DNA of 64,000 bases, taken from contig JBMNIW010000012.1 in assembly GCA_050951325.1 (NCBI GenBank), positions 64,001 through 128,000 of the forward strand, written 5' to 3'. Source of the DNA: Clostridia bacterium. Its GTDB lineage: Bacteria > Bacillota > Clostridia > UBA1212 > DUPL01. The stretch's first letter is position 1. Every line of letters starts with the position of its first letter. Below the pieces are notes generated by a model, which had not been told where the DNA came from, searched no databases, and saw only the letters and a program-made list of their open reading frames with translations. The position numbers and the translations under genes are program-made. Below are positions 19,361-29,766 of the stretch, one piece after another.

Positions 19361-20071
19361 ATGCTTCAATTTGTTGATACCCTTAGAGAGTTCAGTTTGC
19401 TGACTGTGGTTATAAGGCTTCTTTTGGCGCTTTTGCTAGGTGGTCTTGTTGGGCTTGAAAGAGAAAGGAACCGTCAGGCGGCAGGCCTGCGTACCCATAT
19501 CCTTGTCTGCACGGCAGCAACCATGACTATGCTTATTGGCATATTTGCCAAGGAAGTCATAGATCTAACTACTGATCCACTTAGAATTGCAGCGCAGGTT
19601 GTATCAGGTATCGGTTTTATCGGTGCTGGTGCAATAATGGTCCGCAGCGGAAGACATATAAAAGGGGTTACAACTGCTTCAGGCCTGTGGTGCACTGCTG
19701 CCATTGGGCTTGCGATAGGAGCAGGCTTTTATGAAGGTGCAATTGTTTGCTCTGTCATTGTGTTGATAGTCATGACTCTGCTTAAAAAGCTAGACAGGTC
19801 CCTTCTTTTCAAGGATACCGACAGCTTTATATATTTCGAGATTATAGGCAGCGAAAATGTAAATCAGGTCTTTGATGATTTGAGAGGATTATCCCTTGAT
19901 CTTACCCTGAATGAAATAATGCCGCCAAAAAGCGGCACCAATGGTAATGTAGGTGTTGTAATCAAACTTAACAATCCGGTTAATGATATAAGAAAGGTAA
20001 GCAATGCCATAAAAAAGATTGACAATGTAGCCTTCTCAATCCCGGACAGAGGAACCTCGGATACTATTTAA
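19361..20071 (+). CDS. MgtC/SapB family membrane protein
   Basis: GLERE, AGLRTHILV, RIAAQVVSGIGFIGAG, GVTTA. Confidence 0.9.
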   Translation: MLQFVDTLREFSLLTVVIRLLLALLLGGLVGLERERNRQAAGLRTHILVCTAATMTMLIGIFAKEVIDLTTDPLRIAAQVVSGIGFIGAGAIMVRSGRHIKGVTTASGLWCTAAIGLAIGAGFYEGAIVCSVIVLIVMTLLKKLDRSLLFKDTDSFIYFEIIGSENVNQVFDDLRGLSLDLTLNEIMPPKSGTNGNVGVVIKLNNPVNDIRKVSNAIKKIDNVAFSIPDRGTSDTI

Positions 20072-20943
20072 ACAAACAGGAAACACAGTATACCCAGTGT
20101 ATTCAAGCCTATTGACAAAAGGTCTTTTTTTCCTGGTTTCTCTTTAAAAAATACATAAGCCAAAAAAGCTGTAATAACTACAATTGCCGCACTGAGTATT
20201 GGAAACTGCACCGATGCGTCCATTACTCTAGCTGCCGACAAGCTGAAAACGTTTCCTGTGGAATTCATTGCAGTATACAAAACAATTGGAACAATAAAAA
20301 TTGGTCTGAATTGAAACCTTGGAAGTTTAAACCCGTCATTATGTACGACAAGTAGAACAGCTGAAGATATTAGGAATATAAAGATTCCACATACAAAAAG
20401 AAAGTTGTTTGTAGGAACCCTGCCTTTTGATATTTCCGCACCCTTTGAAGCAACACTTATTAATCCATTAGCTGTAAAAACTACCATACAAAGAATGAAA
20501 AAGAAAGTTCCTTCCTTGCTCTTCTCACTGCCTATGTTTTGAATGATTATTGCCAAAAAAATTATGAGGGTACCGATAATCTTCATGAAACCAAGTTTCT
20601 CATCCCACATGAGAACACCTGCAAGGAAAGGAAGTATCAGACCTCCACTTAAGAGGAACATGGTCACCTTGCCAACGGAACCTCTGTTTATTGCAAGTAT
20701 GGAGCATATACTGCAGACTACCGTGGCAACGGAGTACACCAAGGCCCATGATATGGTGCTGGCAGTAACTCTTATGCTGAATCCACTTAAAATCAAAAAT
20801 AGAAAAACAGCTATGAATCCTTTGACAAAAGAGAACCATACCCCAGACTTTACGCCGCCTTTTGTCATCAGTTCATATTTCTTGCTGAATATGAACTGAA
20901 TGCTAAAGGCCAATATGGCAACTGCCAAATAAAAATATTCCAT
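20068..20943 (-). CDS. EamA/DMT family transporter
   Basis: About 10 TM segments in two repeats, FFKEK end motif. Confidence 0.75.
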   Translation of the reverse strand: MEYFYLAVAILAFSIQFIFSKKYELMTKGGVKSGVWFSFVKGFIAVFLFLILSGFSIRVTASTISWALVYSVATVVCSICSILAINRGSVGKVTMFLLSGGLILPFLAGVLMWDEKLGFMKIIGTLIIFLAIIIQNIGSEKSKEGTFFFILCMVVFTANGLISVASKGAEISKGRVPTNNFLFVCGIFIFLISSAVLLVVHNDGFKLPRFQFRPIFIVPIVLYTAMNSTGNVFSLSAARVMDASVQFPILSAAIVVITAFLAYVFFKEKPGKKDLLSIGLNTLGILCFLFV

Positions 20944-20958
20944 AACTCAACCTCTTGC

Positions 20959-22039
20959 TTAAGATATTGTGCCGCCTCCAACGACCGTATCTCCATCGTA
21001 AAGGACAACCGCCTGCCCTTTTGTAATGGCCCTTTGAGGTTTCTCAAAATCAACGCTGAAGGAATTCTCTCCAGTTCTTCTGACTATTGCCCAATCCTCT
21101 TTGTGGTTGTATCTGATTTTCGCCTTCAGTCGCGCAGAGTCTTCCAGCACATCTTCTAGTATAAGGTTTATATTCGCCGCGTCAAGATGTGTTCCGTATG
21201 CATCTTCGTCATAGCCCACCACAACCGTGTTGTCGCAAGGCCTGATGTCACACACATACAGAGGTCTTTTGTCCACCAGCCCGAGACCTCTTCTCTGACC
21301 AATCGTGTAGTGGATTATGCCTTTGTGTTTTCCAAGGACATTGCCGTCCTTATCCACAAAGTATCCTTCATTCGTATTTCCTCTTTGTGTAATCCTCTAT
21401 GAATTTTGCATAGTCACCATCAGGAACGAAGCATATGTCCTGACTTTCCTGCTTTCTTGCGTTGACAAAACTGTACTTTTCAGCAAGTTCCCTTACTTCC
21501 GTCTTGTGCAGGTCTCCCAAGGGAAATATGGTATGACCAAGCTGTTCCTGTGTAAGCGAATATAGAACATAGCTCTGGTCCTTTGTCAGGTCCACGGCCT
21601 TTTTAAGAAGATACCTGTTCCTTTTCTCGTCATACTCTATCCTTGCATAATGACCCGTTACAACATAATTGTATCCTAGTTCCTTTGCCTTCTGGTAAAG
21701 GAGATCAAACTTCATGAATCTGTTGCAGTCAATGCAAGGGTTTGGAGTTGCTCCATGCTCGTAAGCAAAAATAAATTTGTCTATTACCTTTTCCTTAAAG
21801 TTGTCGGTAAAGTTAAGCACGTAGTACGGCATGTCAAGTTCAGCTGCCACCCTCCTTGCATCATTTATATCCTCAAGGGAGCAGCAAGTCTTGGTTGCCG
21901 AAATATTTATATCGTCATTGCTGAATAGTTTCATGGTTATGCCTATAACGTCATAACCTCTTTCTTTCATTAAAGCGGCGGCTACTGAACTGTCAACGCC
22001 GCCACTCATTGCAATTAATGCCTTTTTCTCATTACTCAT
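20959..22039 (-). CDS. mnmA: tRNA 2-thiouridylase, +1 frameshift near 21372
   Basis: [50 protein letters not shown]. Confidence 0.93.
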
Positions 22040-22964
22040 TTGAAAACATTGGTGTGGACAAATACCTCTCTCCTGTGTCTGGCAACACAGCCACAATAAC
22101 TTTATCCTTGTTCTCTTCCCTCTTCGCAAGCTGTATGGCTGCATACATGGCTGCACCGGAGGATATTCCCACCAAGACTCCTTCCTTTCTAGCTATCATT
22201 CTGCCTGTTTCAAAGGCGTCTTCGTTTGCAACAGTTATTATCTCATCATATACGTCAGTATTCAAGACTGTTGGAACAAATCCTGCTCCAATTCCCTGAA
22301 TTTTGTGAGGACCTGTTACACCTTTTGACAGGACAGGTGAATCAGTAGGTTCAACGGCGACCACCTTTATATTTGGATTCTTTGACTTCAAAAATTCGCC
22401 TGCTCCGGTGATGGTGCCGCCAGTTCCGATTCCGGATACCAGAATATCCACCTTTCCATCTGTATCCTCCCATATCTCAGGACCTGTTGTCTTCCTGTGT
22501 ATTTCAGGGTTTGCCAAGTTCTCAAACTGGGATGGTATAAAACTGTTTGGATACTGGCTTGCTATTTCTTCAGCCTTTGCTATGGAACCCTTCATGCCCT
22601 TTGCGCCTTCTGTCAATACAAGTTCAGCGCCATAAGCTTTCAGAAGATTTCTTCTTTCAACACTCATTGTTTCCGGCATCGTCAATATTATTTTCATACC
22701 CTTTGAAGCACATACAGCAGCAAGCCCAATTCCTGTGTTTCCGCTGGTAGGCTCAACAATTACAGTATCCTTGTTAACCTTTCCTGCCTTAATGGCCTCT
22801 TCAATCATGGCCACCGCTATTCTGTCCTTGACACTGCCTGCAGGATTGAAATATTCAAGCTTTGCAAATATTTTTCCATGCAGCCCGAATTCTTTCTCAA
22901 TGTTTGTCACCTCAAGCAGGGGTGTCCTTCCAATCATCTCCGAAAAACTTTTATAAACCTTCAC
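22032..22964 (-). CDS. cysK: Cysteine synthase A
   Basis: [39 protein letters not shown]. Confidence 0.97.
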   Translation of the reverse strand: MKVYKSFSEMIGRTPLLEVTNIEKEFGLHGKIFAKLEYFNPAGSVKDRIAVAMIEEAIKAGKVNKDTVIVEPTSGNTGIGLAAVCASKGMKIILTMPETMSVERRNLLKAYGAELVLTEGAKGMKGSIAKAEEIASQYPNSFIPSQFENLANPEIHRKTTGPEIWEDTDGKVDILVSGIGTGGTITGAGEFLKSKNPNIKVVAVEPTDSPVLSKGVTGPHKIQGIGAGFVPTVLNTDVYDEIITVANEDAFETGRMIARKEGVLVGISSGAAMYAAIQLAKREENKDKVIVAVLPDTGERYLSTPMFSNE

Positions 22965-22991
22965 AAACAGACCTCCTAAATTTATACTCTT

Positions 22992-23051
22992 AATTCCTAC
23001 TTGATTAATAGGATTTGATACATTATATACAACTCAAGCTGACGCTGTCAA
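22992..23051 (-). promoter_or_regulatory. cysK sigmaA promoter with CymR-type box
   Basis: TTGACA-N18-TATAAT (23051-23022) followed by palindrome AATTCCTACTTGATTAATAGGATTT (22992-23016). Confidence 0.7.
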
Positions 23052-23211
23052 TTATATTTATTGTTTTTTTCTCTAACTCTATGATAGCACAAAAAGGAAT
23101 CCCGGAGCAAAAAATGTGCAAATTGAAAACAAGGCGTTTCTGTGGTATAATTAAGGCAGGCAATAAAACGTAGTGCGGTAGACAAAAGACGACATCACGG
23201 AGGAAGAATAT

Positions 23212-24060
23212 ATGAAAATAGCCGCAATTTCCGACATACATGCAAATCATCTGGCTTTGGAGACCATATTACAGTATGTCGAACGAGAAGGGATAAAACA
23301 CATTTTGTTCTTGGGCGATTACATCACCGACTGTCCTTATCCCGGCAAAACCGTTAGCCTGTTATATGAATGTTTGGAAAAATACAACTGCTTTTTTATC
23401 CGGGGAAACCGGGAAGATTACCTGATAAACCATCATTATAACCCCAACAACAACTGGAAATACTCATCAAGCACCGGCTCACTTCTTTACACTTATTCAA
23501 ACATAACACAAAATGACATTGAGTTTTTCAAATCAATGCCCGTTTCCATGAAAGTTAAAATTGATGACTATCCTTCAATATTCATCTGTCACGGATCGCC
23601 CGTCAAAACAAAAGACTGGCTTTATGAAAAGGACGAACTTATTTACTCCCATATTAAAGACATAGACTGCAAATACTTTATCTTTGGACACAGCCACAGG
23701 TCATATTCAAAAAATATATTTGGGAAGAAAGTTTTATTCTGTCCAAGTGCGGGCCTGCCCGCCAACAACAATACTGACGCACAGTTTTTAGTTCTTGAAT
23801 ACAATGACATTGAATGGACCAGCAAAGTCGTAAGTCTGCCCTACAACCGCGAAAAGCTTGTGCAGGAGTTTCATGAAAGCCGTTTGATTGAAAAGTCAAG
23901 AATATGGGCAAAATGCATACTCAAACAGCTTGGCACGGGTATTGAATGCTGTGCCAGCTGTGTGAAACTTGCCCGCAAAAAAGCCAATTCAAGCGCTTCA
24001 TGGGACACCGTTCCTGAAAAGTACTGGATAGAAGCTGCAAGAGAACTCGGCATTAGTTGA
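23212..24060 (+). CDS. Metallophosphoesterase family protein
   Basis: SDIHAN, LGD, RGNRE, CHGSP, GHSH. Confidence 0.88.
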   Translation: MKIAAISDIHANHLALETILQYVEREGIKHILFLGDYITDCPYPGKTVSLLYECLEKYNCFFIRGNREDYLINHHYNPNNNWKYSSSTGSLLYTYSNITQNDIEFFKSMPVSMKVKIDDYPSIFICHGSPVKTKDWLYEKDELIYSHIKDIDCKYFIFGHSHRSYSKNIFGKKVLFCPSAGLPANNNTDAQFLVLEYNDIEWTSKVVSLPYNREKLVQEFHESRLIEKSRIWAKCILKQLGTGIECCASCVKLARKKANSSASWDTVPEKYWIEAARELGIS

Positions 24061-24108
24061 GAACTTTGCGATACTGTGGTAATATAGACAATCGTGAGGT
24101 GAAGATAC

Positions 24109-24507
24109 TTGAAGATTTCCACTAAAGGAAGATACGCATTACGTATGCTGATTGATCTTGCAGAAAACAGGGACCAGGGATTCGTCTCCCTTAAAGATAT
24201 TGCTGAAAGGCAGAGTATTTCGAGGAAATACCTTGAGCAGATTGTACAGCTTCTTAACAAAACGGATATGCTGAAAACCAGCAGGGGGTACAATGGCGGA
24301 TACATGCTTGCAAAAGACCCTTCAGAATACAGAGTGATTGACATACTGGAACTTACGGAGGGAAATCTGGCTTGTGTTTCCTGTCTTGAGGACGAGGTAA
24401 ACGAATGTAAAAGAGCAGGCTTCTGCAAATCCTTGAAAGTATGGCAGGGGCTAGACAATGTTATACGAAGCTACCTGAGCAGCATAACCCTGCAGGATCT
24501 TATCTAG
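24109..24507 (+). CDS. Rrf2-family regulator (CymR/IscR-like)
   Basis: ISTKGRYALR, YLEQI, RGYNGGY, Cys cluster; close to cysK. Confidence 0.9.
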   Translation: MKISTKGRYALRMLIDLAENRDQGFVSLKDIAERQSISRKYLEQIVQLLNKTDMLKTSRGYNGGYMLAKDPSEYRVIDILELTEGNLACVSCLEDEVNECKRAGFCKSLKVWQGLDNVIRSYLSSITLQDLI

Positions 24508-24561
24508 ATTATACATTATCGAATAACAAAAGAAATGCATACAATATACCAGGGCATTTAA

Positions 24562-25308
24562 ATGGTGTATTGTATGTATTTTTTTAGTTTTTGCAAACTG
24601 GATGAAATTCTGAAAAAGGAAGGAAAAGCTACCTGTCAGAGGTATTTTAAAAGCAAGCTGGAGGAGAACAGAAACCTTGCAGCAAGACTTGTTAATGATA
24701 CAAGGATTACTTTTCCTTGTTTTTTTGTTCTTATGCCTGTTTTAGAAGAGAAGAATATCTATTCTTTATTAAGAGATGACTTGAAAAAGGCATACGATTT
24801 TTCACAAAGCGTTTCGGTTAACAAACCATCAAATCTTAAAAAAGACATGAAGAATAAAATAATGCTCAAATGGATAGTTGAGAGCAGCCTCCTTCATAAT
24901 AACCTGGGCGGGAATTTTAATGAAGTGGTTGATGTCGCTGTGTCCATCTTGGCAAACGAGTACCGGGAGCTGTCGCTGCTCGGTACAATTTCGGAACTTA
25001 TATTCTTAAGATACAGAAACGACGAAAACATCCATGATCTTGTCTGGGCATATTTCAGATTCAACACCCCCATCACTCTGAAATACATTGCAAGATTTCT
25101 TGATTCAAAGAATCCCAAGGACAGAAAACTTGCTAAAAAGCTTTTAGGCTGTGAAGCAAAGTCCTGTAAAGACTTTCTTAAATATATGACTGAAGACGAA
25201 TCAAAGATGATTTATACGGACGAGAGTTTTCAGTACGCATCAAACCCACGAGTATATGCAGCAAAGGAAGGTACAGACCATGATTTACATAAAGGGAAGC
25301 AAGTTTGA
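24562..25308 (+). CDS. Hypothetical protein, likely sporulation-linked
   Basis: 248-aa ORF overlapping tgl; CATACAAT (sigmaE-like -10) at 24538-24545. Confidence 0.6.
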   Translation: MVYCMYFFSFCKLDEILKKEGKATCQRYFKSKLEENRNLAARLVNDTRITFPCFFVLMPVLEEKNIYSLLRDDLKKAYDFSQSVSVNKPSNLKKDMKNKIMLKWIVESSLLHNNLGGNFNEVVDVAVSILANEYRELSLLGTISELIFLRYRNDENIHDLVWAYFRFNTPITLKYIARFLDSKNPKDRKLAKKLLGCEAKSCKDFLKYMTEDESKMIYTDESFQYASNPRVYAAKEGTDHDLHKGKQV

Positions 25309-26074
25309 CATAACCGAGCTAAAAAGCACTTACCCGGTACAAAGTGTTGAACATAAGGTTCTTGTCAAAATGGACGAAAGTTCTTTTAGGTATAACTTCA
25401 AGAGCGAGGATGTTTTAAAGTTTGAGCTTCTTTTAAGAAAAGAAATTGCTGCCTCTGCAAGAGCGCTTGATAGAAGCGGTTTTGGGTTTGCCGTCTTCAG
25501 TAAATCCGAGTGCAATCCAGAGTACTGGAACCGGGAAAACAATGGCGGTTTTTCTTTGAAACAAGGCAAAAGTCCTTCGAAGGCTATACGCAACATATTT
25601 GAAAACGGCAGACTTTACAGAAACGAATGTGCCACAGCCATGGTTATTGTCTACTACGGAGCCCTTTTGTCCGTTTTCAAAGACAGGTTTGATGAGACTT
25701 TTCCCTACATTTACCTTATGGATTGGTATATAATCGATCCTTTGCTGCAGGGGATTGGTTACCCCAGAAAAGCCCACGACATGCTTATAGGTGACAGGGC
25801 ATACTTCAAAAATCCCGACGTTCATCCTGAAACGATGTGGCTGCAAGGTGAAAATGTGATTGTTCTGGCAGAGGATCTGTACTACGGTCACGGCATAGGT
25901 ATTGCAAATGCAGAAACCTTTATTGAGATACTGAACAGAAACAGAAAGGAAGGAGCTGCAAAAAGCGCCTACCTCATGGATGAAGTGGCGCGTCCTGATT
26001 TCGAGTTATTGTCAGATGTATATCATGAAAGGATTGCCGTAGCACAAACAATTTACTGGAGAAATATAGTTTGA
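25280..26074 (+). CDS. tgl: Spore coat protein-glutamine gamma-glutamyltransferase
   Basis: ECATAM, GDRAYFKNPD, QGENVI, YYGHGIG. Confidence 0.9.
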   Translation: MIYIKGSKFDITELKSTYPVQSVEHKVLVKMDESSFRYNFKSEDVLKFELLLRKEIAASARALDRSGFGFAVFSKSECNPEYWNRENNGGFSLKQGKSPSKAIRNIFENGRLYRNECATAMVIVYYGALLSVFKDRFDETFPYIYLMDWYIIDPLLQGIGYPRKAHDMLIGDRAYFKNPDVHPETMWLQGENVIVLAEDLYYGHGIGIANAETFIEILNRNRKEGAAKSAYLMDEVARPDFELLSDVYHERIAVAQTIYWRNIV

Positions 26075-26806
26075 CTAGTCTCTGCCGTAGATGGAGGGCA
26101 GTTTTCTTTTATGCTCGCTTCTTGAGTGATACCTGTCTATAATCTCCTTGTCCCTTTCATCTGCCGTCCCCCTGGTTATATATTCGTCTATGGCAGCATA
26201 AGTTACACCCATGTCCTGTTCATCGGTTTGACCTTCGTAAAGACCTGCGGATGGAGCCTTGGTAATTATGTTCTCAGGTGCATTGAAATATTTCAAATAC
26301 TCCACAACTTCCGTTGCTGTTAAATCTCCTATGGGATTGAAGTCGTAACCGCCATCTCCCCATTTTGTAAAGTACCCCATGTATATCTCACTTCTGTTGC
26401 CTGTTCCTGCCACCAGAAGATTTTCTGACTGGGCGATTGTATAAAGGGTGGTCATCCTGAGCCTTGGATTTATGTTTGAATCAGCAAGCGCCGATATTTC
26501 GGTTGCTTTTCCTATTGCTTCTACAAGGGCTTTCTTTGCCTCGGTAAGATCCACAACCCTGGTTTCTATGTCAAACTGCTTGGCAAGCTTTATTGCATCC
26601 TCATAGTCTTCCCCATAGTTTCTCTTTGAGCTGCAAGGCATGATTACACCAATGGTATTCTCGCATGCAAGCTTGCATAAAATCAAAACAAGGGCACTGT
26701 CTTTTCCACCGCTGTTCCCAAGGATTATTCCCTTGGCATTGCTTTCCTTAAGTTTATCCTGAATGTATTTTACTCTGTTTTCTGTCTCTTGTTTGTAATC
26801 TCTCAT
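26075..26806 (-). CDS. nadE: NH3-dependent NAD+ synthetase
   Basis: SGGKDS, RLRMTTLY, GYFTKWGDG, KAPSAGL, SEHKR. Confidence 0.93.
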   Translation of the reverse strand: MRDYKQETENRVKYIQDKLKESNAKGIILGNSGGKDSALVLILCKLACENTIGVIMPCSSKRNYGEDYEDAIKLAKQFDIETRVVDLTEAKKALVEAIGKATEISALADSNINPRLRMTTLYTIAQSENLLVAGTGNRSEIYMGYFTKWGDGGYDFNPIGDLTATEVVEYLKYFNAPENIITKAPSAGLYEGQTDEQDMGVTYAAIDEYITRGTADERDKEIIDRYHSRSEHKRKLPSIYGRD

Positions 26807-26855
26807 AGTAACACTTCCTGTACCTTATTCTGCAATTATAGCCTATTTCATTTTA

Positions 26856-27890
26856 TTATTTTTGTAAAGGTTTGCTTGTTGCAAGTGCAATAAACCTTTC
26901 ACCATTTTTGTTAACTGCACAGTAGAAATGATATACCACTTCATTGTCTTTTAAAACCCAAGGTTTATGAGCATAGATATTTTCCCATTCATATTCGCTT
27001 TGTATGAGGGGTGAGCCTCTCCATTTTGTCCACTCAACCAAATCATATGAACATGCAAAAGTGTTGTATGCACCTTTTCCCTCTTCACGAATGAAGTAAA
27101 ACATGATATAAATATCGTCTATCTTTACAATCTGAGGGTCTCCACTTATCCTTACCCCGGGGTTGTCCTTTATGTCGTCTATGACAGGGGTGTCGCCATA
27201 CCTCTCCCAGCGGACCGCATCATTTGATACTGCAAGATATATCCTTTCTTTATTGCTCTCATCTTTTGCATTGTATGCATTTACATATTTGTACCCGGTA
27301 ATGCCATCAATATCCTCAAACAGATAACTTTTATACAGCGTTCTTCTTTCATACTCCCTTGCATCAACATCATCGGGTCTTAAAATGGGCTCTTCAAGCC
27401 TTGTTACTGTAGTTGGATCAGTTGGATCTAAAAAATATGCAAGACCCATGTACAGAGGATCCGGCTCGTATCCGTCACTGTTGCCCGCCAGATATGAAAA
27501 ATAGTATCTGTCGTTCACTTTTCTAATCTCGTTGGTTTTGCCAAACTCAACATCCACAAAGGCTGCATATCCTGCACACTGCTTGCTGTCCCATCTGTTT
27601 TTATCGTTTCTTCTCAGTATTGTACAATATTGCTCCCAGTTGATTAAGTCTTCTGATTTTGCAAGATGAGTCTCGTATCCGGAAACATTTACATCCTTTG
27701 ATATCGTTATGTACAGCATGTACCAACTGTCCTTATGCTTGAAAATGGATGGACTGTCAGTCAGAAATTCATCGTACTTAATAACCGGCCCTATTTTGTA
27801 TGGTGTCTTTACCATATCATATATCCTGTCCATGGTTTCTGGCTCGAGTTTCCTGTTCTTAAACTTTCTGTCTGGATTAAACGGTACCAT
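26856..27890 (-). CDS. Five-bladed beta-propeller glycosidase/phosphorylase-like protein
   Basis: TDSP, SEDLINW, SNDAVRW, GDPQ, SYDLVEW, AHKP. Confidence 0.7.
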   Translation of the reverse strand: MVPFNPDRKFKNRKLEPETMDRIYDMVKTPYKIGPVIKYDEFLTDSPSIFKHKDSWYMLYITISKDVNVSGYETHLAKSEDLINWEQYCTILRRNDKNRWDSKQCAGYAAFVDVEFGKTNEIRKVNDRYYFSYLAGNSDGYEPDPLYMGLAYFLDPTDPTTVTRLEEPILRPDDVDAREYERRTLYKSYLFEDIDGITGYKYVNAYNAKDESNKERIYLAVSNDAVRWERYGDTPVIDDIKDNPGVRISGDPQIVKIDDIYIMFYFIREEGKGAYNTFACSYDLVEWTKWRGSPLIQSEYEWENIYAHKPWVLKDNEVVYHFYCAVNKNGERFIALATSKPLQK

Positions 27891-27973
27891 TACCTCACCT
27901 TCCTCTTTTACTCGGACCAATTATATAACTTATGCAAAAAGTGCGCAACCTAAAACAGTCACGCACTTTTATG

Positions 27974-28180
27974 TTACAGGGTTTTATACCCCATTTCCTC
28001 TATCTTGTGTTTGATAACCTGCAAAGAGGTCACCGACGGCTCGTAATCAACTGATGCGGCTCTTCCATTCAAATCAATATTTACATTCATAACACCGTCC
28101 AAAGTTCCCAGAATGCTGGCTATTCTGCTGGCATCATCGGATGTGGCCAACCCACCTATATTTATAATTGTATTTTTCAT
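27974..28180 (-). CDS. HMA/CopZ-fold protein lacking CxxC
   Basis: 68 aa; LDGV..V.IDL, VDY, IEEMGY; no Cys; strong RBS. Confidence 0.7.
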   Translation of the reverse strand: MKNTIINIGGLATSDDASRIASILGTLDGVMNVNIDLNGRAASVDYEPSVTSLQVIKHKIEEMGYKTL

Positions 28181-28302
28181 ACTTTCCCTCCAATATTTCT
28201 TTTAGTAATATTTTGCCTTTGTATTGCTTTTTTATTCTTTTCAGGCATAAGAAAAGAGCTGTAATATTTAATACAGCCCTTTCCATAACCAATTTACAGA
28301 AT

Positions 28303-29055
28303 TCATTTCTTTTTTGTTCTCCAAATAATTAATATAGCAACTGCTCCCAGTACACAAATACCAGTCACTGCACCAATAACATATAAATTAACACCATCTC
28401 CATCCGTTCCAGGGGACGCAGTGGGTGCTTTGGTCTGTCCTTGTGTCTTGTCAGGTTTTTCAGTAGGTTGTGGTTTTGGTGTTGGAGTTTTTGCTGGTGT
28501 CGGTGTTGTCCCATCATCCTTAGTTACAAACTCCAGATTGCCAACAAACATTCTTGCAGAGTATTCTATGTACACATACAAGTCTCCATTGTAATCTGGC
28601 TCAAGAATTTCCATTTGCAAATCCTTGGGCTCGGCCAAAGGCAGTGTTGCTTCTTCAATCTTTGCTGTTGCTACTACCTGCGTACCTTCCTTGTCCTTGG
28701 TAAGTGATACTTTATTGTTTGTCATGTCAGGAGTTCCGTCAGTGACATAGAAAAAACTAATCATGTCAATAATCGACATGTCATGCTTGCCAATATATAT
28801 CCAGCCAGGTTCTCTTTTATGTCTAGACCAGTCGGAAACCAGCCATAGATACTCCTGATTGTGATCCCAATTACTATAATTGCACCTTAAGTTGTGGACA
28901 TTCTCACCAAAATAGTCTTCTTCTACGGCATTGACACCTATTTTCCTTGCTCCAAGCTCTTCCCAGTCAAAATATATTGTGTGTACTACCGCATGGCTGC
29001 AAATCAGGGATGATACAAATATGAATAGCAATGTAGTTACTATCAGTTTCTTCAT
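28303..29055 (-). CDS. Membrane-anchored surface protein, paralog of 29052-29732
   Basis: Signal peptide, NQEYLWLVSDWSR domain, Pro/Thr linker, C-terminal TM + RTKKK. Confidence 0.75.
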   Translation of the reverse strand: MKKLIVTTLLFIFVSSLICSHAVVHTIYFDWEELGARKIGVNAVEEDYFGENVHNLRCNYSNWDHNQEYLWLVSDWSRHKREPGWIYIGKHDMSIIDMISFFYVTDGTPDMTNNKVSLTKDKEGTQVVATAKIEEATLPLAEPKDLQMEILEPDYNGDLYVYIEYSARMFVGNLEFVTKDDGTTPTPAKTPTPKPQPTEKPDKTQGQTKAPTASPGTDGDGVNLYVIGAVTGICVLGAVAILIIWRTKKK

Positions 29056-29732
29056 AACGCATACCCTTCTCTTTTCTTGACCAAAACAAGCAGCATGAGT
29101 ATTACTGCAGCAGGCACCAATGCGGTAAAACCGTCCAGTGTCTCAGGATTCTGAGGTTCTTCTGTCTCTGGAAGTTCCTGAGTTTCCACAATCGTAAGAA
29201 CAAAATTACCGACAAACATTCTAATATCATAGTCGATATACAAATACATGGGTCCTGTGTAGCCTGCATCAAGAATTTCCATTTCTTTGTGCTTTGGATT
29301 CGCAAGACCGCCTGTTACCTCGGTTACTTTGGCTGAAGCCACTTTCTGTGTGCCTTCCGCATCCTTTGTAAATGATACAAAAGCTTCCATTGATGATGCG
29401 CTGTTTGTTACATAATCAAACTCAATCTTTTTGATCTTTGACATGTCATACTCTCCAAGGTACAAGGAGGCCGGTTCCTTGGGAGCACGCGACCAATCCG
29501 ATACAAGCCAAAGATACTCTTGGTTTTTGTCCCAGCTGCTATGGGCGCAGCGCATATTAACCACACCCGGACCATGATAGTCTTCTGGTTGGGCAGAAGT
29601 GCCGATAAATTTAACGCCCAGTTCCCGCACATCCAGCATAACTTGGTTTTCTTCTGCGCTTGCATATAACGCCATTAACAGCATGCATACAGCCACAATC
29701 ACAATAAAGGGCCTTTTCTTCAATTTCAACAC
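29052..29732 (-). CDS. Surface protein with sortase-like anchor (NPETLD)
   Basis: Signal peptide, NQEYLWLVSDWSR domain, NPETLD + TM + KKR. Confidence 0.75.
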   Translation of the reverse strand: MLKLKKRPFIVIVAVCMLLMALYASAEENQVMLDVRELGVKFIGTSAQPEDYHGPGVVNMRCAHSSWDKNQEYLWLVSDWSRAPKEPASLYLGEYDMSKIKKIEFDYVTNSASSMEAFVSFTKDAEGTQKVASAKVTEVTGGLANPKHKEMEILDAGYTGPMYLYIDYDIRMFVGNFVLTIVETQELPETEEPQNPETLDGFTALVPAAVILMLLVLVKKREGYAL

Positions 29733-29766
29733 CTCCAGTTTTCTTTATTCATTCCGTCTTGTTCAT

